Positions 20,477-33,096 are shown, counted from the first letter of the stretch. The stretch: DNA of 64,000 nucleotides from Alphaproteobacteria bacterium (GCA_965205265.1 CBDBGH010000003.1:5312001-5376000); one strand, 5' to 3'. Translations and numbers: made by a program. The notes: generated by a model from the letters alone, not told the origin.

Positions 20477-21466
20477 ATGACGAGGAACGGAAGCGTGTGC
20501 GCAATTAACGGCGCACCCCTGCCGGCCGCGGCGTTCATGGTGGCCGCGCTGATGCTGGCCGCCTGCGGCGGCGGGGGCTCCGCGACCACCGGCGGCCCCG
20601 TGACGCCGCCGGTCACGCCGACACCGCCGGTGACACCACCGGTGACCCAGACGCCGTCGGTCCCGGAGGAGACGCCCCTGGACCGGCTGGGGGCGCTGCG
20701 CGAGCGCGCCGACGTGCTGACGATGACCGGGCTGCACGCGCGCTGGTCGCTCTCCGCCGAGGGGGAGGATGACATCGACGACGCGTTCGTCGAGCCTGTG
20801 ACCTGTTCGGGCGCGCGCTGCGAGGCGGCGGACGGCACGGCGCTGGCGGCGCGGGACCTGCTCGACCTCTCCGGCGGCATCGATCCGGGCACGGCGGAGA
20901 CCGGCGCGCGGGGCGGGTTCGACACGGTGAAGACCGCCGGCGGCTTCGCGGTCGCGGAGACGCTGCCCGACCTGACGGTGACCGTCTCGCCGCAGGCGAC
21001 AACCTGGGGGTTCTGGGGCGAACACGGCTTCGCGGCGCTGACCCTCGGCACGGGCCCGCTGTCGGCGGAGGTCGGGGAGACGGCGTTCGGCGGCACGTTC
21101 TCGCTGGCGCGGGCCTGGGCGGCGGGCACGGCCGCCGGCGGCAATCCGGCGGGAACCGGGAGTGCGACCTGGACCGGCATCGCCGAGGCGAGCCCGACGG
21201 GGGCGTTCGAGCGGGTCGCGGGCACGGCGACGCTGACGATCGAAGACCTGTCGCGGCCCCGGGTCGATGTCGGCATCGCCCTCGACGGCGTCGAGGCGCC
21301 GCTGACCTGGACAGACATGCCGCTCGCCGGGGGGCGCTTCGCTGCCGGGACGGCCGGGACCGACCGGCTCGAAGGCCGCTTCCACGGCCCGGCCCACCAG
21401 GAGGCGTACGGCGTGTTCGATACCCGGGACTACCTCGGCGCCTTCGGCGCCAGGCGCGCGCCGTGA
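20477..21466 (+). CDS. lipoprotein with TbpB-like C-terminal beta-barrel
   Basis: Lipobox LAAC-GGGGS, Pro/Thr linker, GSATWTG...GRFHGP..EAYGVF..GAFGA. Confidence 0.82.
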   Translation: MTRNGSVCAINGAPLPAAAFMVAALMLAACGGGGSATTGGPVTPPVTPTPPVTPPVTQTPSVPEETPLDRLGALRERADVLTMTGLHARWSLSAEGEDDIDDAFVEPVTCSGARCEAADGTALAARDLLDLSGGIDPGTAETGARGGFDTVKTAGGFAVAETLPDLTVTVSPQATTWGFWGEHGFAALTLGTGPLSAEVGETAFGGTFSLARAWAAGTAAGGNPAGTGSATWTGIAEASPTGAFERVAGTATLTIEDLSRPRVDVGIALDGVEAPLTWTDMPLAGGRFAAGTAGTDRLEGRFHGPAHQEAYGVFDTRDYLGAFGARRAP

Positions 21467-21532
21467 GCGGCGGGAAGGCGGGGACGCCGACGGTGGCGCC
21501 GCGGGGTCGCCACCAGGGTGGCTGCCTTGCCG

Positions 21533-21732
21533 AGAATCGCCGGCTCCCGCATTGTCAAGCATCGGCAGGCAGGTCGGCTCCTGGATGACATTCACCGGCT
21601 GAGCCGGTGATATTCGGCAGTCCCGGCTGCGCCGAGTCCTCTCTTCCATGATGTCGAACATCGCCACATCCGGCCGGCGCCGGGTTCAGGCCTTTCTGAC
21701 GGTCCAGAGCACCTTGCCGACGATGTGGGCTT
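21533..21732. repeat. 200-bp target-site duplication, left copy (partner 23649-23848)
   Basis: AGAATCGCCGGC...GATGTGGGCTT abuts both IS ends. Confidence 0.93.
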
Positions 21733-23648
21733 CCTGACTTCGACGGTTGGGCTGACTTCTGACCGATCTCGCGTCTGGAGTTTTCAGTAAAGCCAATGAG
21801 TTGGCAGTTGCGGTGCGGTCAAGCTGCGTTGTAGTGCCTAGTAAATCTTTGAGACTGTCAATGCCTCCGCCACGCGCTACACTCCCCCCATGTTCGTGCG
21901 CATCAAGACCTCCCCCAACAGCCCGCGACGCTCGGTCCAGATCGTCGAGGCCGTGCGCGACGGCGGCAAGGTCCGACAGCGCATCGTCCGCCATGTCGGC
22001 GTGGCCATGGACGAGGACGAGCTCGAGCGCCTGAGGCAGCTCGGCGAGTACGTCAAGGCGAAGCTGGAGGACGAGCGTCAGCCGGCATTGTTTGCGCCCG
22101 AGAAGATCGCTGAGCAGGCGATCCGTGTCGGCCGCCGGGGGGACGGCAAGGAGGAACTCCCGGTCGACCTCAAGCAGCTTGAAGAGGAGCAGCGCCTGAT
22201 CACAGGCATCCACGAGGTCTATGGCGAGATCTACCGGCTGCTGGGCCTCGACGCGCTGCTGCCGCGCTCGCGCTACCGGGCCTCCCATGACGCGCTGTTC
22301 CATGTGGTGATGGCGCGGGTAGCCAACCCCGACAGCAAGCGGGGCAGCGTGCGCCGGCTCGAGGAGGACTTCGGCGTGAGTCTTCCGCTCGAGAAGGTCT
22401 ACCGGATGATGGATCAGCTCGACGCGACGGTGATCGAGCGACTGCGCACGCGCGTCGGCGAGGCGAGCCGGTCGCTGCTGCCGGAGCCGGTCGCGATCCT
22501 CTTCTTCGATTGCACCACGCTCTACTTCGAGACGGCCGCCGAGGACGAGCTTCGCCAGCACGGCTTCAGCAAGGACGGCAAACACAAGGACTCGCAGGTT
22601 CTGCTGGCGCTGATGGTGACGCGCGAAGGGCTGCCGATCAGCTACGAGGTCTTCCCCGGCGCCACCTACGAGGGACACAGCATGGTCCCGGTCCTGCAGG
22701 ACATGCAGCGCCGCCACCAGGTGGAGCGCACGGTATGCGTGGCCGACCGGGGCATGCTGAGCGCCGACAACCTCGACGCCATGGACGCCATCGGCGGCGA
22801 GTATGTCGTCGGCGCGCGGCTGCGCAAGCTGCCGCTCGCGCTGCTGGGGCAGGTTCTCGACCCCGGGACCTATGCCCCGCTGGAGGGCTCACAGGACCGC
22901 CGGGTCGGCGAGTGGGAGTACAAGGGCCGTCGCCTGATCGTCGTCTTCTGCCCCCAGCGCGCACGCAAGGACGCGCACGAGCGCCGCCATCAGGTGGAAC
23001 GCCTGCTCGACAGGCTGGCCCGCAGCGACAATCCCAGGGAACTGCTCTCCAATCACGGGGCGAAGCGCTTCATCGCCGTCGAGGGCGACGCACGGCTCAC
23101 GGTGAACCCGGAGAAGATCGCCGAGGCCGCACGATGGGACGGGCTCACCGGCGTCATCACCAATCTGCGCGACGCGCGCGTCACCGAAGTGATGGCTCAC
23201 TACCAGGGGCTCTGGCAGGTCGAGGAGAGCTTCCGGATCACCAAACACGACCTGAAGATACGTCCCATCTGGCACTGGAACCCGGACCGGATCCGCGCTC
23301 ACATCGCCATCGCCTTCCTGGCCTTCGCCTGCGTTCGACACCTTGCGTACCGCGTCGCCATCCAGAAGCGGCGGATGTCCCCGGAGGTCATCCGCTCCGC
23401 CCTCGTCCACCGCCAGTGCTCCCTGCTGCGCTGTCGGCAATCGGGCAACCGCTACGTCATCCCCTCGAAGCCGACACCGGCGGCGGAGCAGATTTACGCA
23501 ACCATGGGGCTGCCCCTGACGATCACCCCGTATCAACTCGCCTGACCGTCGACGAAGCACGGCTCGAAGAAATGCCGGATGTAGTGCCTAGCCGAAATGA
23601 GAACCAGGCAATATCAACTACTTATGCGAATCAACCGTCGAAGTCAGG
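21733..23648 (+). mobile_element. IS1634-family insertion sequence, 1916 bp (copy 3)
   Basis: Same terminal inverted repeats and transposase as copy 2. Confidence 0.95.
21890..23545 (+). CDS. IS1634-family DDE transposase (551 aa)
   Basis: Same translation as 1390..3045. Confidence 0.95.
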   Translation: MFVRIKTSPNSPRRSVQIVEAVRDGGKVRQRIVRHVGVAMDEDELERLRQLGEYVKAKLEDERQPALFAPEKIAEQAIRVGRRGDGKEELPVDLKQLEEEQRLITGIHEVYGEIYRLLGLDALLPRSRYRASHDALFHVVMARVANPDSKRGSVRRLEEDFGVSLPLEKVYRMMDQLDATVIERLRTRVGEASRSLLPEPVAILFFDCTTLYFETAAEDELRQHGFSKDGKHKDSQVLLALMVTREGLPISYEVFPGATYEGHSMVPVLQDMQRRHQVERTVCVADRGMLSADNLDAMDAIGGEYVVGARLRKLPLALLGQVLDPGTYAPLEGSQDRRVGEWEYKGRRLIVVFCPQRARKDAHERRHQVERLLDRLARSDNPRELLSNHGAKRFIAVEGDARLTVNPEKIAEAARWDGLTGVITNLRDARVTEVMAHYQGLWQVEESFRITKHDLKIRPIWHWNPDRIRAHIAIAFLAFACVRHLAYRVAIQKRRMSPEVIRSALVHRQCSLLRCRQSGNRYVIPSKPTPAAEQIYATMGLPLTITPYQLA

Positions 23649-23848
23649 AGAATCGCCGGCTCCCGCATTGTCAAGCATCGGCAGGCAGGTCGGCTCCTGG
23701 ATGACATTCACCGGCTGAGCCGGTGATATTCGGCAGTCCCGGCTGCGCCGAGTCCTCTCTTCCATGATGTCGAACATCGCCACATCCGGCCGGCGCCGGG
23801 TTCAGGCCTTTCTGACGGTCCAGAGCACCTTGCCGACGATGTGGGCTT
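23649..23848. repeat. 200-bp target-site duplication, right copy
   Basis: Matches 21533-21732; contains the 3' end of the repressor gene. Confidence 0.93.
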
Positions 23849-24491
23849 CTTCCGCGAGGCAGGTGTAGGGGGCGTAGTCGGGGTTGGCGGAGATGAGGCG
23901 CAGGCGCGGCGGTCCGGCATCGCGCGCCTTCCCGACGCGCTTGACGACGAGGCCGTCGCCGTCCCAGAGCACGAACAGTTCGCCTTCGGCGGGGACGCGC
24001 CGGGCGGTGTCGACGACGATGCGGTCGCCCTCGCCCATCTCGGGCTCCATGGAGTTGCCGCGCACCCTGAGGATGCGGAGCGCCGCCGGGTCGGCGCCGC
24101 CCTCGTGGCGGACCATGGCCTCGGGGAGTTGCCAGCGGGCGCGCTCGCGGACGAACTCCCCGGCGAGCGCACCCGGCCCGGCGGAGGCCTCGACATCGAC
24201 CTCGGGGACGCCGGTCGAGGCCGGGACCGGGGGGTCCGGCGCGGGCTGCGGCTTCCTGCTCCAGCGCTTGCGGGGCGGCACCTTCGCGTGGCGCAGCTCC
24301 CCGGGTTCGCATCCGAGAAGCTCCGCGAGCGCCTCGGCGTCGCGGGCGGCGAGCGCGCGGGGCTTTCCGAGTTCGACGAAGCGGTAGACATAGGCGTGGT
24401 TGCGGCCGATGGCGACCGAAGCCTCGCGCATCGACAGGCCGCGCCTCCAGAGCAGGTCCCTGATCTTTTCTCGTACCGTGTCGTGTTGCAT
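23802..24491 (-). CDS. CI/LexA-like repressor (HTH + S24 peptidase)
   Basis: N-terminal HTH, ASAGPG cleavage site, GNSMEP (Ser) and VVKRV (Lys). Confidence 0.92.
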   Translation of the reverse strand: MQHDTVREKIRDLLWRRGLSMREASVAIGRNHAYVYRFVELGKPRALAARDAEALAELLGCEPGELRHAKVPPRKRWSRKPQPAPDPPVPASTGVPEVDVEASAGPGALAGEFVRERARWQLPEAMVRHEGGADPAALRILRVRGNSMEPEMGEGDRIVVDTARRVPAEGELFVLWDGDGLVVKRVGKARDAGPPRLRLISANPDYAPYTCLAEEAHIVGKVLWTVRKA

Positions 24492-24525
24492 CGCGTGACC
24501 TCGCGCGTTTGTCGGCGTGGGGCGT

Positions 24526-24577
24526 ATCTTACAGGCTATAAACAGCGATTGTCAACAACAATGGGCGCGATTATCGT
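24526..24577. promoter_or_regulatory. overlapping divergent sigma70-type promoters
   Basis: Minus strand TTGACA(24555-24550)-N18-TAAGAT; plus strand TTGTCA(24549-24554)-N17-TATCGT. Confidence 0.55.
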
Positions 24578-24584
24578 CCGCGCC

Positions 24585-25295
24585 ATGGATACCCGGACAC
24601 ATGTCCCGGCGCACGCCGGCAGCGCCCGGCAGGCGCTCCTTGAGGTCATCGAGGCGTACATCGCGCGCACCGGCATGACACGGACGGGCTTCGGGCGGGC
24701 GGCGCTCGGCGACGCCTGCTTCCTCGGCCGCATGGCGCGCGGCTCGGACGTGCTGCTGCGCACCGCCGACAGGGCGCTGGCCTTCATGGGCGAGCCGCCG
24801 TTCGGGCCGCGCTTCCTGGGCGAGGTCGAGGCCTTCATGGCGGTGACCCGGACCAAGGCGCACCTGTTCGGCGATCTGGCGCTGGGCGATCCGAGCTTCG
24901 TGCTGCGTTTGCGGCGCGGGCGCTCGGCAACGCTCGCCACCTGCGACAGGGTTCGCGCCTGGATGGCCGGGAACACGAGCGCGGCCGAGCGCGAGGCGGT
25001 CCGGGCGGCGGTCGAGGACGGTGCGCCGGCGGTTCCGGCCGACGCGGCCGAAGAGGAGGACACGGCATTGAAGGACGGTTACATGAGCACGCGGGAGGCC
25101 GCGGCCTTCCTGGGATTGAGCCACCGCACGCTGGAGCGCTACCGGTGCGACGGCAAGGGGCCGCCGTTCCACCGCTTCGGCACGGCGGTGCGCTACCGGC
25201 GCGCGCGGGTCGCGGCCTGGGCGGCGGAGCGCGAGCTGCGCTCGACCTCCGACGACGGCGGTCCGGACGGCAGCGCCGGGCGGAGGGCGTCGTGA
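24585..25295 (+). CDS. DNA-binding protein: two Cro-like HTH domains fused to an excisionase-like (HTH_17/AlpA) domain
   Basis: Internal repeat (IEAYIARTG..FGRAALGD.. / VEAFMAVTR..FGDLALGDPSFV..) followed by YMSTREAAAFLGLSHRTLERYR..GPPF. Confidence 0.8.
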   Translation: MDTRTHVPAHAGSARQALLEVIEAYIARTGMTRTGFGRAALGDACFLGRMARGSDVLLRTADRALAFMGEPPFGPRFLGEVEAFMAVTRTKAHLFGDLALGDPSFVLRLRRGRSATLATCDRVRAWMAGNTSAAEREAVRAAVEDGAPAVPADAAEEEDTALKDGYMSTREAAAFLGLSHRTLERYRCDGKGPPFHRFGTAVRYRRARVAAWAAERELRSTSDDGGPDGSAGRRAS

Positions 25296-25452
25296 TGGGG
25301 GCCCGCATTCCGCACCGTGCCCTGCCGGACGACGCCGGCGCACCGGCCATGGCCGCGGTTCTTGCGGTGCTGGCGGCAGGGGCGGTGGCTCTGGGCGCCG
25401 ATCCGGCGCTGGCGGCCTCGGACAGCACCTTCGCGAGTCCGCTGGCCACGGT
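25295..25452 (+). pseudogene. probable conjugative pilin (TraA/VirB2-like) 5' fragment cut by IS21
   Basis: TGATG coupling to the upstream gene; signal peptide ending PALA-ASDSTFASPLATV at the IS end. Confidence 0.5.
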
Positions 25453-25525
25453 TATAGCGCGACAATCTGGGTGAGAGCCGCGCGTCAATCAGGATGAGAT
25501 TCCCCGGCGGCATCGGCGAGTTGAT

Positions 25526-25619
25526 GATTGTCGCGCGGGGCGCGGATTGCAAGCGGTTTCGGATTTTGATTGTCGCGGCGCGACAAACAAGGTTTTCGGA
25601 GAGCGTTTTGATTGTCGCG
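25526..25619. repeat. three GATTGTCGCG motifs at 42-bp spacing (putative transposase-binding sites)
   Basis: Start at 25526, 25568 and 25610; same motif as the terminal repeat core. Confidence 0.75.
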
Positions 25620-25713
25620 GGGGGGCCGTCGGGTCGGAGAAGAGACGGCCCGCGGAGGCGATTCCCGCGGGCCGTGAGTGTTGTGGCCGCTGGGCCGATC
25701 TGGCGGCAGCGGT

Positions 25714-28061
<2,348 letters not shown>

Positions 28062-28130
28062 CTACTCGGAAAAACGTCACCGTTCGCCCAGCCGACCGAC
28101 CCCGCCAGAAGGTCCAGGAAAAATTTTTTG

Positions 28131-28189
28131 AGGCGGCGGCCCGGAACTCCGGTCGGGCTACGCCCTCCCTCCGTTCCGGGCCGCCGCCT
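28131..28189. other. long hairpin upstream of istA with conserved 25-nt apical motif
   Basis: 17-bp perfect stem around TCCGGTCGGGCTACGCCCTCCCTCC; same motif at 33777-33801. Confidence 0.75.
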
Positions 28190-28443
28190 TCCCCCGTCTC
28201 ATCCTGATTGTCGCCAGCGTCTCAAGCTGATTGTCGCGCCGCATCGCTTTCCGGTTGGCGTTGCGGGAGGTTGCCGGGGAACCCTTGTTTTGCAACGGTT
28301 TCCGGTCTTCCCGCCTGCCGCTTCCTTGTCCTCCTGCCCGCGAGCCCGGGGCCCTGTCCAGGACACGTTGTGGCATGTCCTGCGGGTCGGGTCCACCCGT
28401 CCCGGACGCTCGGCCCCTTCCGGCGCGCCGCGGCCGGGTTCGT

Positions 28444-29718
28444 TCAGAACTGGCGCACGAAGCTGAGTTCGGCGCGGTTGCGCCGGTAGTCGAGGGCCTG
28501 GGCGTTGGTCTTGCGCTGCTCGCGGATGAGGGAGAGGCGGGGGCTGAAGCCGAGCACGGTCACGGCGCGGTTGTGGACCGAGACCGAGAGGGTCCGCGTG
28601 TCGTCCCGGCGCGGCTTGCGGTCGATGGTGCGGTGGGCGGCGCCGCCACCCTGGTATTCGGTGCGCTGCAGGGCGGCGCGCAGGCCCAGGGTGAAGCCGG
28701 CCGGCAGCGCCAGCGTGGCGCCGAGGCTCGCCCGCGGACCGCTGTTGCGCCAGTGTTCGGCCTTGGCGCGGGCCCAGCTCCAGCCGGCATTGCCGCCGAG
28801 GCGCAGGATGGTCAGCGCGGCCCAGCTGGCGCCGAGCGAGACGTCGCCCACCGGGCCGTCGAGCCAGTCGCAGCCGCGGCAGTTGCGCCGGGCGGCGCCG
28901 GCGCGGGCGAAGAGCGCGAGGCGCGGCGTCAGGAGATGCTGGCCTTCGAGGCGCAGGCCGACGCTGTCGGTCTCGGGCCGGCCGGCGGTCCATTGCCGGT
29001 CCGCGGTCGCGAGCAGGCTCGCTTCGGTGCGGGCGTCGATCAGCCAGCGCGGGCCGATATGCGCGGCAAGGAAATGCCGGTCGAACTCCCCGCCCCTGTA
29101 TTCCCGGACGCTGGCATCCGCCCCGGCGCGCAGGCGCAGGCGGTCGTTCAGCGGATGCTGGTATTCGCCGCCGCCCCAGAAGGAGACGCCGAGGCCGGAT
29201 TCGGGCTTCGCGGGATCGTCCAGGGTGAAGGGCAGCCGTCCGTAGGGGGTGTCGAGGAAGACCGTGCGCTCGCCCGAGGCGGCGTTGAGGTTGCTGTCCG
29301 GGACGATGGCCGCCCCGAACCACGCCTCCCAGCGCCGCCGCGCGCGGATGATGTCGAGGAAGCGCCGGATGTTGGCGGCGACCGCCGGGGGCACGTCGCC
29401 CGCCAGCACCTGCTCGAAATGCCGCCGCGCCAGCGTGTCCTCCTCCTTCAGGAAGAAGGCGCGGGCGAGTTCGAGACGCACCCGCACCAGCTCCGGGCGG
29501 TCCACCAGGATGGCCCGGAAGGCGGCGACCGCCTCGTCGAGCCTGCCCTCGCGGGCTTCCCGGTCCGGCGCGGCATCGGCGGCGGCAAGCGCCTCCATCC
29601 CGGCCCGGAAGCGCATGTCGGCCGCATCCTGGCCCAGGGCGGGGCGCGCGACGGGCGCCGCAACAAGCAGGACCGACAGCCCCGCCAGCACGGGAACAAG
29701 GAACCGGAAAGGTCTCAT
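28444..29718 (-). CDS. Slam-family outer-membrane translocon (DUF560 / type XI secretion), copy 1
   Basis: Signal peptide, TPR-like RVRLELARAFF, PDSNLNAA, beta-strand-rich C-terminus ending in F; follows a lipoprotein gene. Confidence 0.88.
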   Translation of the reverse strand: MRPFRFLVPVLAGLSVLLVAAPVARPALGQDAADMRFRAGMEALAAADAAPDREAREGRLDEAVAAFRAILVDRPELVRVRLELARAFFLKEEDTLARRHFEQVLAGDVPPAVAANIRRFLDIIRARRRWEAWFGAAIVPDSNLNAASGERTVFLDTPYGRLPFTLDDPAKPESGLGVSFWGGGEYQHPLNDRLRLRAGADASVREYRGGEFDRHFLAAHIGPRWLIDARTEASLLATADRQWTAGRPETDSVGLRLEGQHLLTPRLALFARAGAARRNCRGCDWLDGPVGDVSLGASWAALTILRLGGNAGWSWARAKAEHWRNSGPRASLGATLALPAGFTLGLRAALQRTEYQGGGAAHRTIDRKPRRDDTRTLSVSVHNRAVTVLGFSPRLSLIREQRKTNAQALDYRRNRAELSFVRQF

Positions 29719-29921
29719 TCCGTGCCGCAGCGAACGCCGCTCCCTATGCCGACGGCATCGTCCTGTGCTCGCCGAGCGGATTGACGTACCGGTCATAGGC
29801 CAGCTGCAGTCGATGCACCGCAACCGATGTTAGCGACGGTTAGGAAGGGCGTTTATTTGCTGGCGCGGAACGGCCGGTTTGTGCGGCTTGCGAGCAGCGT
29901 CGCATGGGTTAGGTGTTGCGT

Positions 29922-30815
29922 TCATCTGATTGGGCGGTCATCGGTTTCGAGCGGCTCGCCGTCGCGGTCACGGATGAGCATGTCGTTCCAGTCCTGGTTT
30001 TCGAGGGCCGGTCGCATTCGGACGATTCTTGTGTCGTTGTCTTGCATGCGGCGGGCGGCGTGATCGCCGTATCGTGTAGCGTCCCAGGCACAGAAGATAC
30101 GGCGCGGGTTCCAGGCCTCGACCCATTTGGGGATTCTGGCCGTGATGGCGCCGGTGGAGACGACGGCGCATTTGCTGCGTTTTTCCGGGACGAGGTGGAG
30201 GGAGAGGATCGACAGGGCGTCGAGGGCGCTGCCGGTGAGGATGACGGTGCCGGGCCAGTCGGGCTCCCATGACATCCAGAAGCCGCCGTCTGCGGCCGGC
30301 TCCTGCGCTGCGGGGAGGGTCTCTATGCCGACCACCTTGCTGGCGGCGTTTCGGCGGAGGAACACGGGATTGCCGCGCCGGTCGGCACGGATCAGGCCGA
30401 GGCCTCGGCATAGCTCGACGAGCGCGTCGGCGAGGCCGCGCTGCTCGATGAGGTATTGCCGCAGCGCCGGCCAGCGAGGGTCCTGGCACGAGGGCTCCGC
30501 CTCACAGCGACTGTTCGGGAGCCGTGAGTGGCGCGGCAGTTGGGCGAGGAAGTCGAGGGCTTCGGTCGTTGGGCATCCGAGCGCATGAACCGCCAGCTGG
30601 ATGGCCCCGGCGCCTCCCTCTCCGCGCAGATGGTCGTAGAACATGAAGCGGTTGATGGAGAGGACCGAACCGGCTCGTCTCCAGCGCGCGGCATCGGCGG
30701 GATCGCGGCGATAGCCGAGGGCGTGGACCACGTCTTCGAGGGGGCAGCTTCGCAGCCCCTCGGCCCGCAGGCGGCGATCCCATGGATGCAGATGCTGCAC
30801 GGCTGGCTCAGGCAT
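29922..30815 (-). CDS. DUF3991/toprim-like protein with degenerate acidic motifs
   Basis: [39 protein letters not shown]; start overlaps the istB stop. Confidence 0.72.
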   Translation of the reverse strand: MPEPAVQHLHPWDRRLRAEGLRSCPLEDVVHALGYRRDPADAARWRRAGSVLSINRFMFYDHLRGEGGAGAIQLAVHALGCPTTEALDFLAQLPRHSRLPNSRCEAEPSCQDPRWPALRQYLIEQRGLADALVELCRGLGLIRADRRGNPVFLRRNAASKVVGIETLPAAQEPAADGGFWMSWEPDWPGTVILTGSALDALSILSLHLVPEKRSKCAVVSTGAITARIPKWVEAWNPRRIFCAWDATRYGDHAARRMQDNDTRIVRMRPALENQDWNDMLIRDRDGEPLETDDRPIR

Positions 30816-31593
30816 CCCCCGTGTCTTGCGCCGTGCTCTTGCCCGCTCCTTTTGCCGATCGCCGCCGGCGGCGATCGGCGCTGCGCTGCTTCTGGCGTTC
30901 CTCGGCCTCCTTGCGGCGGTATGAGTCGCCGTCGATGGCGAGGATCTCGGCATTGTGGACGAGCCGGTCGACAAGGGCCACGAGGCAGGCGGCGTTGGGG
31001 AAGGCCTCGCTCCACTCGGCGAAGGGGCGGTTTGTGGTGATGATGGTGGAGCGCTGCTGGCTGCGGCTTGAGACGATATTGAACAGCAGGTCGGCATGAC
31101 GGTTGGAGTAGGAGAGATATCCGACTTCGTCGATGACCAGGAGGTGCTGGCGGGCGTAGAAGCGCAGCCTGCGCTGGAGCATTGTGTCGGAGTCGATGGC
31201 GGCGAGCTCGCCGAGCAGGCTGGCGGCGGTTGCGAAGCGCACGGTGTGGCCTTCGAGGACGGCGCGGTGTGCGATATTGGCGGCGATTGTGGACTTGCCG
31301 ACGCCGTTGGGGCCGATGAGGACGACATTGGCGCCCTCGCGGAGGAAGTTGAGGGTCATGAGGTCCTCGACGGCCATGCGGTCGCATCGCCTTGGCCAGT
31401 CCCAGTCGAAGTCGGCGAGCGGCTTGAACTGTCCGAGGCGGGCGGCGGTGAGGCGTCGCCTGAGGCTTCGGCTTCGCCTCTCTTCCTCTTCCCATGCGAT
31501 CAGGGGCGGGAGCCAGTCGCGCTCCGCAACCTCGCTCCAGTGGGCGAGGAGGCCGTGCAGTCCGAGCGCCGTGGCGCGGTCCTTGAGGGTCAT
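30808..31593 (-). CDS. istB: IS21 helper ATPase IstB
   Basis: [23 protein letters not shown]. Confidence 0.95.
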   Translation of the reverse strand: MTLKDRATALGLHGLLAHWSEVAERDWLPPLIAWEEEERRSRSLRRRLTAARLGQFKPLADFDWDWPRRCDRMAVEDLMTLNFLREGANVVLIGPNGVGKSTIAANIAHRAVLEGHTVRFATAASLLGELAAIDSDTMLQRRLRFYARQHLLVIDEVGYLSYSNRHADLLFNIVSSRSQQRSTIITTNRPFAEWSEAFPNAACLVALVDRLVHNAEILAIDGDSYRRKEAEERQKQRSADRRRRRSAKGAGKSTAQDTGDA

Positions 31594-33095
31594 TCTTCGC
31601 TGTCCTCCTCGTGGTGGCTTGCGAGCCCGTCGTATCCGCCGAGGTCGTGATCGCGGACCGCGATATCGCGCAGTCTTGGATCGCCGGGCAGGTCGATGGG
31701 GATGGGTGGTGGCTCGTTGCGCTGTTCGCGCCGCCGGTTCAGGCTGAAGCGCACCGCATTGGGATGGGGGACGCCGCGCTCAAGGGCTTCATCGATGGCG
31801 GCTTCGAGTTCGACGGCTCCGTAGTCGTCGAGCAGGCGCAGCAGGGAGGCGACGGTTGTGCCGATATTGCCGCCGCGCCTGGCGGTCTCGGCAAGCAGGC
31901 GCTCGCTGTCGGGGGCGGCCTGGAGAAGGCGGCTCTGCCCGCGCAGGCGGTGGGCGTGACGTTTGAGCCTGACCAGCTCCTCGATGTGCTCGGGGGTCTC
32001 GATGCGGGCCGCCTTGTCGAAGCTGCGCGGATGACGGGCGACGGTGTCGGCGCCGTCGAGGATGCGTACCTCCTCCAGTGTCGCGACCACGGTGAGGGTG
32101 CGCCGCGTATGGGTATGCGGGACGCTATAGTCATTGAGGTCGAACCTGGCGTAGGGGGTCTTGCCGATCCTGACCTCGACCCTCTCGTCGACGGGGGGCC
32201 GGTCGTCGGGCAGCGCCATCAGGGAGCCGCGCTCGCGCTCGAAGGCCTCGCGCACGGTGAGGGAGCGGTCGTCCGGCCAGCGACGGTCGGCGGCGACGCC
32301 GTCGCACCAGGCGCGGGCCCGGGCGTTCAGGTCGTCGAGGTCGCGCCAGGCGCGGGCGGCGAAGAAGTTGTCGCGCACATAGCGTATGGCGCGCTCCACG
32401 CGCCCCTTCTCGTTGCCGCGCGCGACCGCGACCGGCTTGGGCAGGAAGCGGTAGCGGGCGGCGAAGTCGAGGAGCCGGGGGTTGAACCGGATGGCGTCGC
32501 CCTGGCGCTCCAGCACGACGCTCTTCAGGTTGTCGTACCATAGCTCGCGGGGCACGCCCTGCCAGGCCTCGAAGGCCTCGACATGGCCGCGCAGGAAGTT
32601 GTCCATCGCGGCATTGAGGTAGAAGTGCAGGAAGATGCGGCGCGAGTAGCTCAGCACCATCACGAAGCCCATCAGCGGGCGCTCCGCGCGCCCGATCCTC
32701 ACCTTGCCGAAGTGGGCCCAGTCCACCTGGGCCAGCTCGCCGGGCAGGGTCTTGAGGCGCAGATAGGCCTCGGCCACAGGCCGCGGGCGCTCCGGCGCGA
32801 TCATGCGCCGGAAGTGGCTCTGGCTGCCCCGGTAGCCGCGCTCGACCGCCATCTGGTAGAGCCGGCTGGCTGGCAGCCTGGGCCAGACCGCCAGGGTCTG
32901 GCGGATGAAGGGCCGGAACGGATCGATCATCGAAGCCCTGCGCCGCCTCTCACGCGCGGGCGCCCCGGCGGCCGCTACCGCGCGCTCGACCGTGCCGTGG
33001 TGGACGCCGAGCTGGCGCGCGATCGTGCCGATCCTCCACTTCTCGGCAAAATACAGCCGCTGGATCTCGGCACGGGTCTGCTTGTCGATCGCCAT
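31590..33095 (-). CDS. istA: IS21 transposase IstA
   Basis: AQVDWAHFG, WYDNLKS, EKGRVER; GGGAG RBS before ATG at 33095. Confidence 0.95.
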   Translation of the reverse strand: MAIDKQTRAEIQRLYFAEKWRIGTIARQLGVHHGTVERAVAAAGAPARERRRRASMIDPFRPFIRQTLAVWPRLPASRLYQMAVERGYRGSQSHFRRMIAPERPRPVAEAYLRLKTLPGELAQVDWAHFGKVRIGRAERPLMGFVMVLSYSRRIFLHFYLNAAMDNFLRGHVEAFEAWQGVPRELWYDNLKSVVLERQGDAIRFNPRLLDFAARYRFLPKPVAVARGNEKGRVERAIRYVRDNFFAARAWRDLDDLNARARAWCDGVAADRRWPDDRSLTVREAFERERGSLMALPDDRPPVDERVEVRIGKTPYARFDLNDYSVPHTHTRRTLTVVATLEEVRILDGADTVARHPRSFDKAARIETPEHIEELVRLKRHAHRLRGQSRLLQAAPDSERLLAETARRGGNIGTTVASLLRLLDDYGAVELEAAIDEALERGVPHPNAVRFSLNRRREQRNEPPPIPIDLPGDPRLRDIAVRDHDLGGYDGLASHHEEDSEE

Positions 33096-33096
33096 C

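Noticed and set aside
16078-21318. 1746-aa minus-strand ORF (and similar long ORFs at 51759..56513, 33977..36982, 41848..45027, 2218..4512)
   Set aside because: Arg/Pro/Gly-rich shadow frames opposite well-supported genes, expected in high-GC DNA
25526-25619. 42-bp periodic motif as a mini-CRISPR
   Set aside because: Repeat is only ~10-14 bp, matches the IS21 terminal-repeat core, and no cas genes are present
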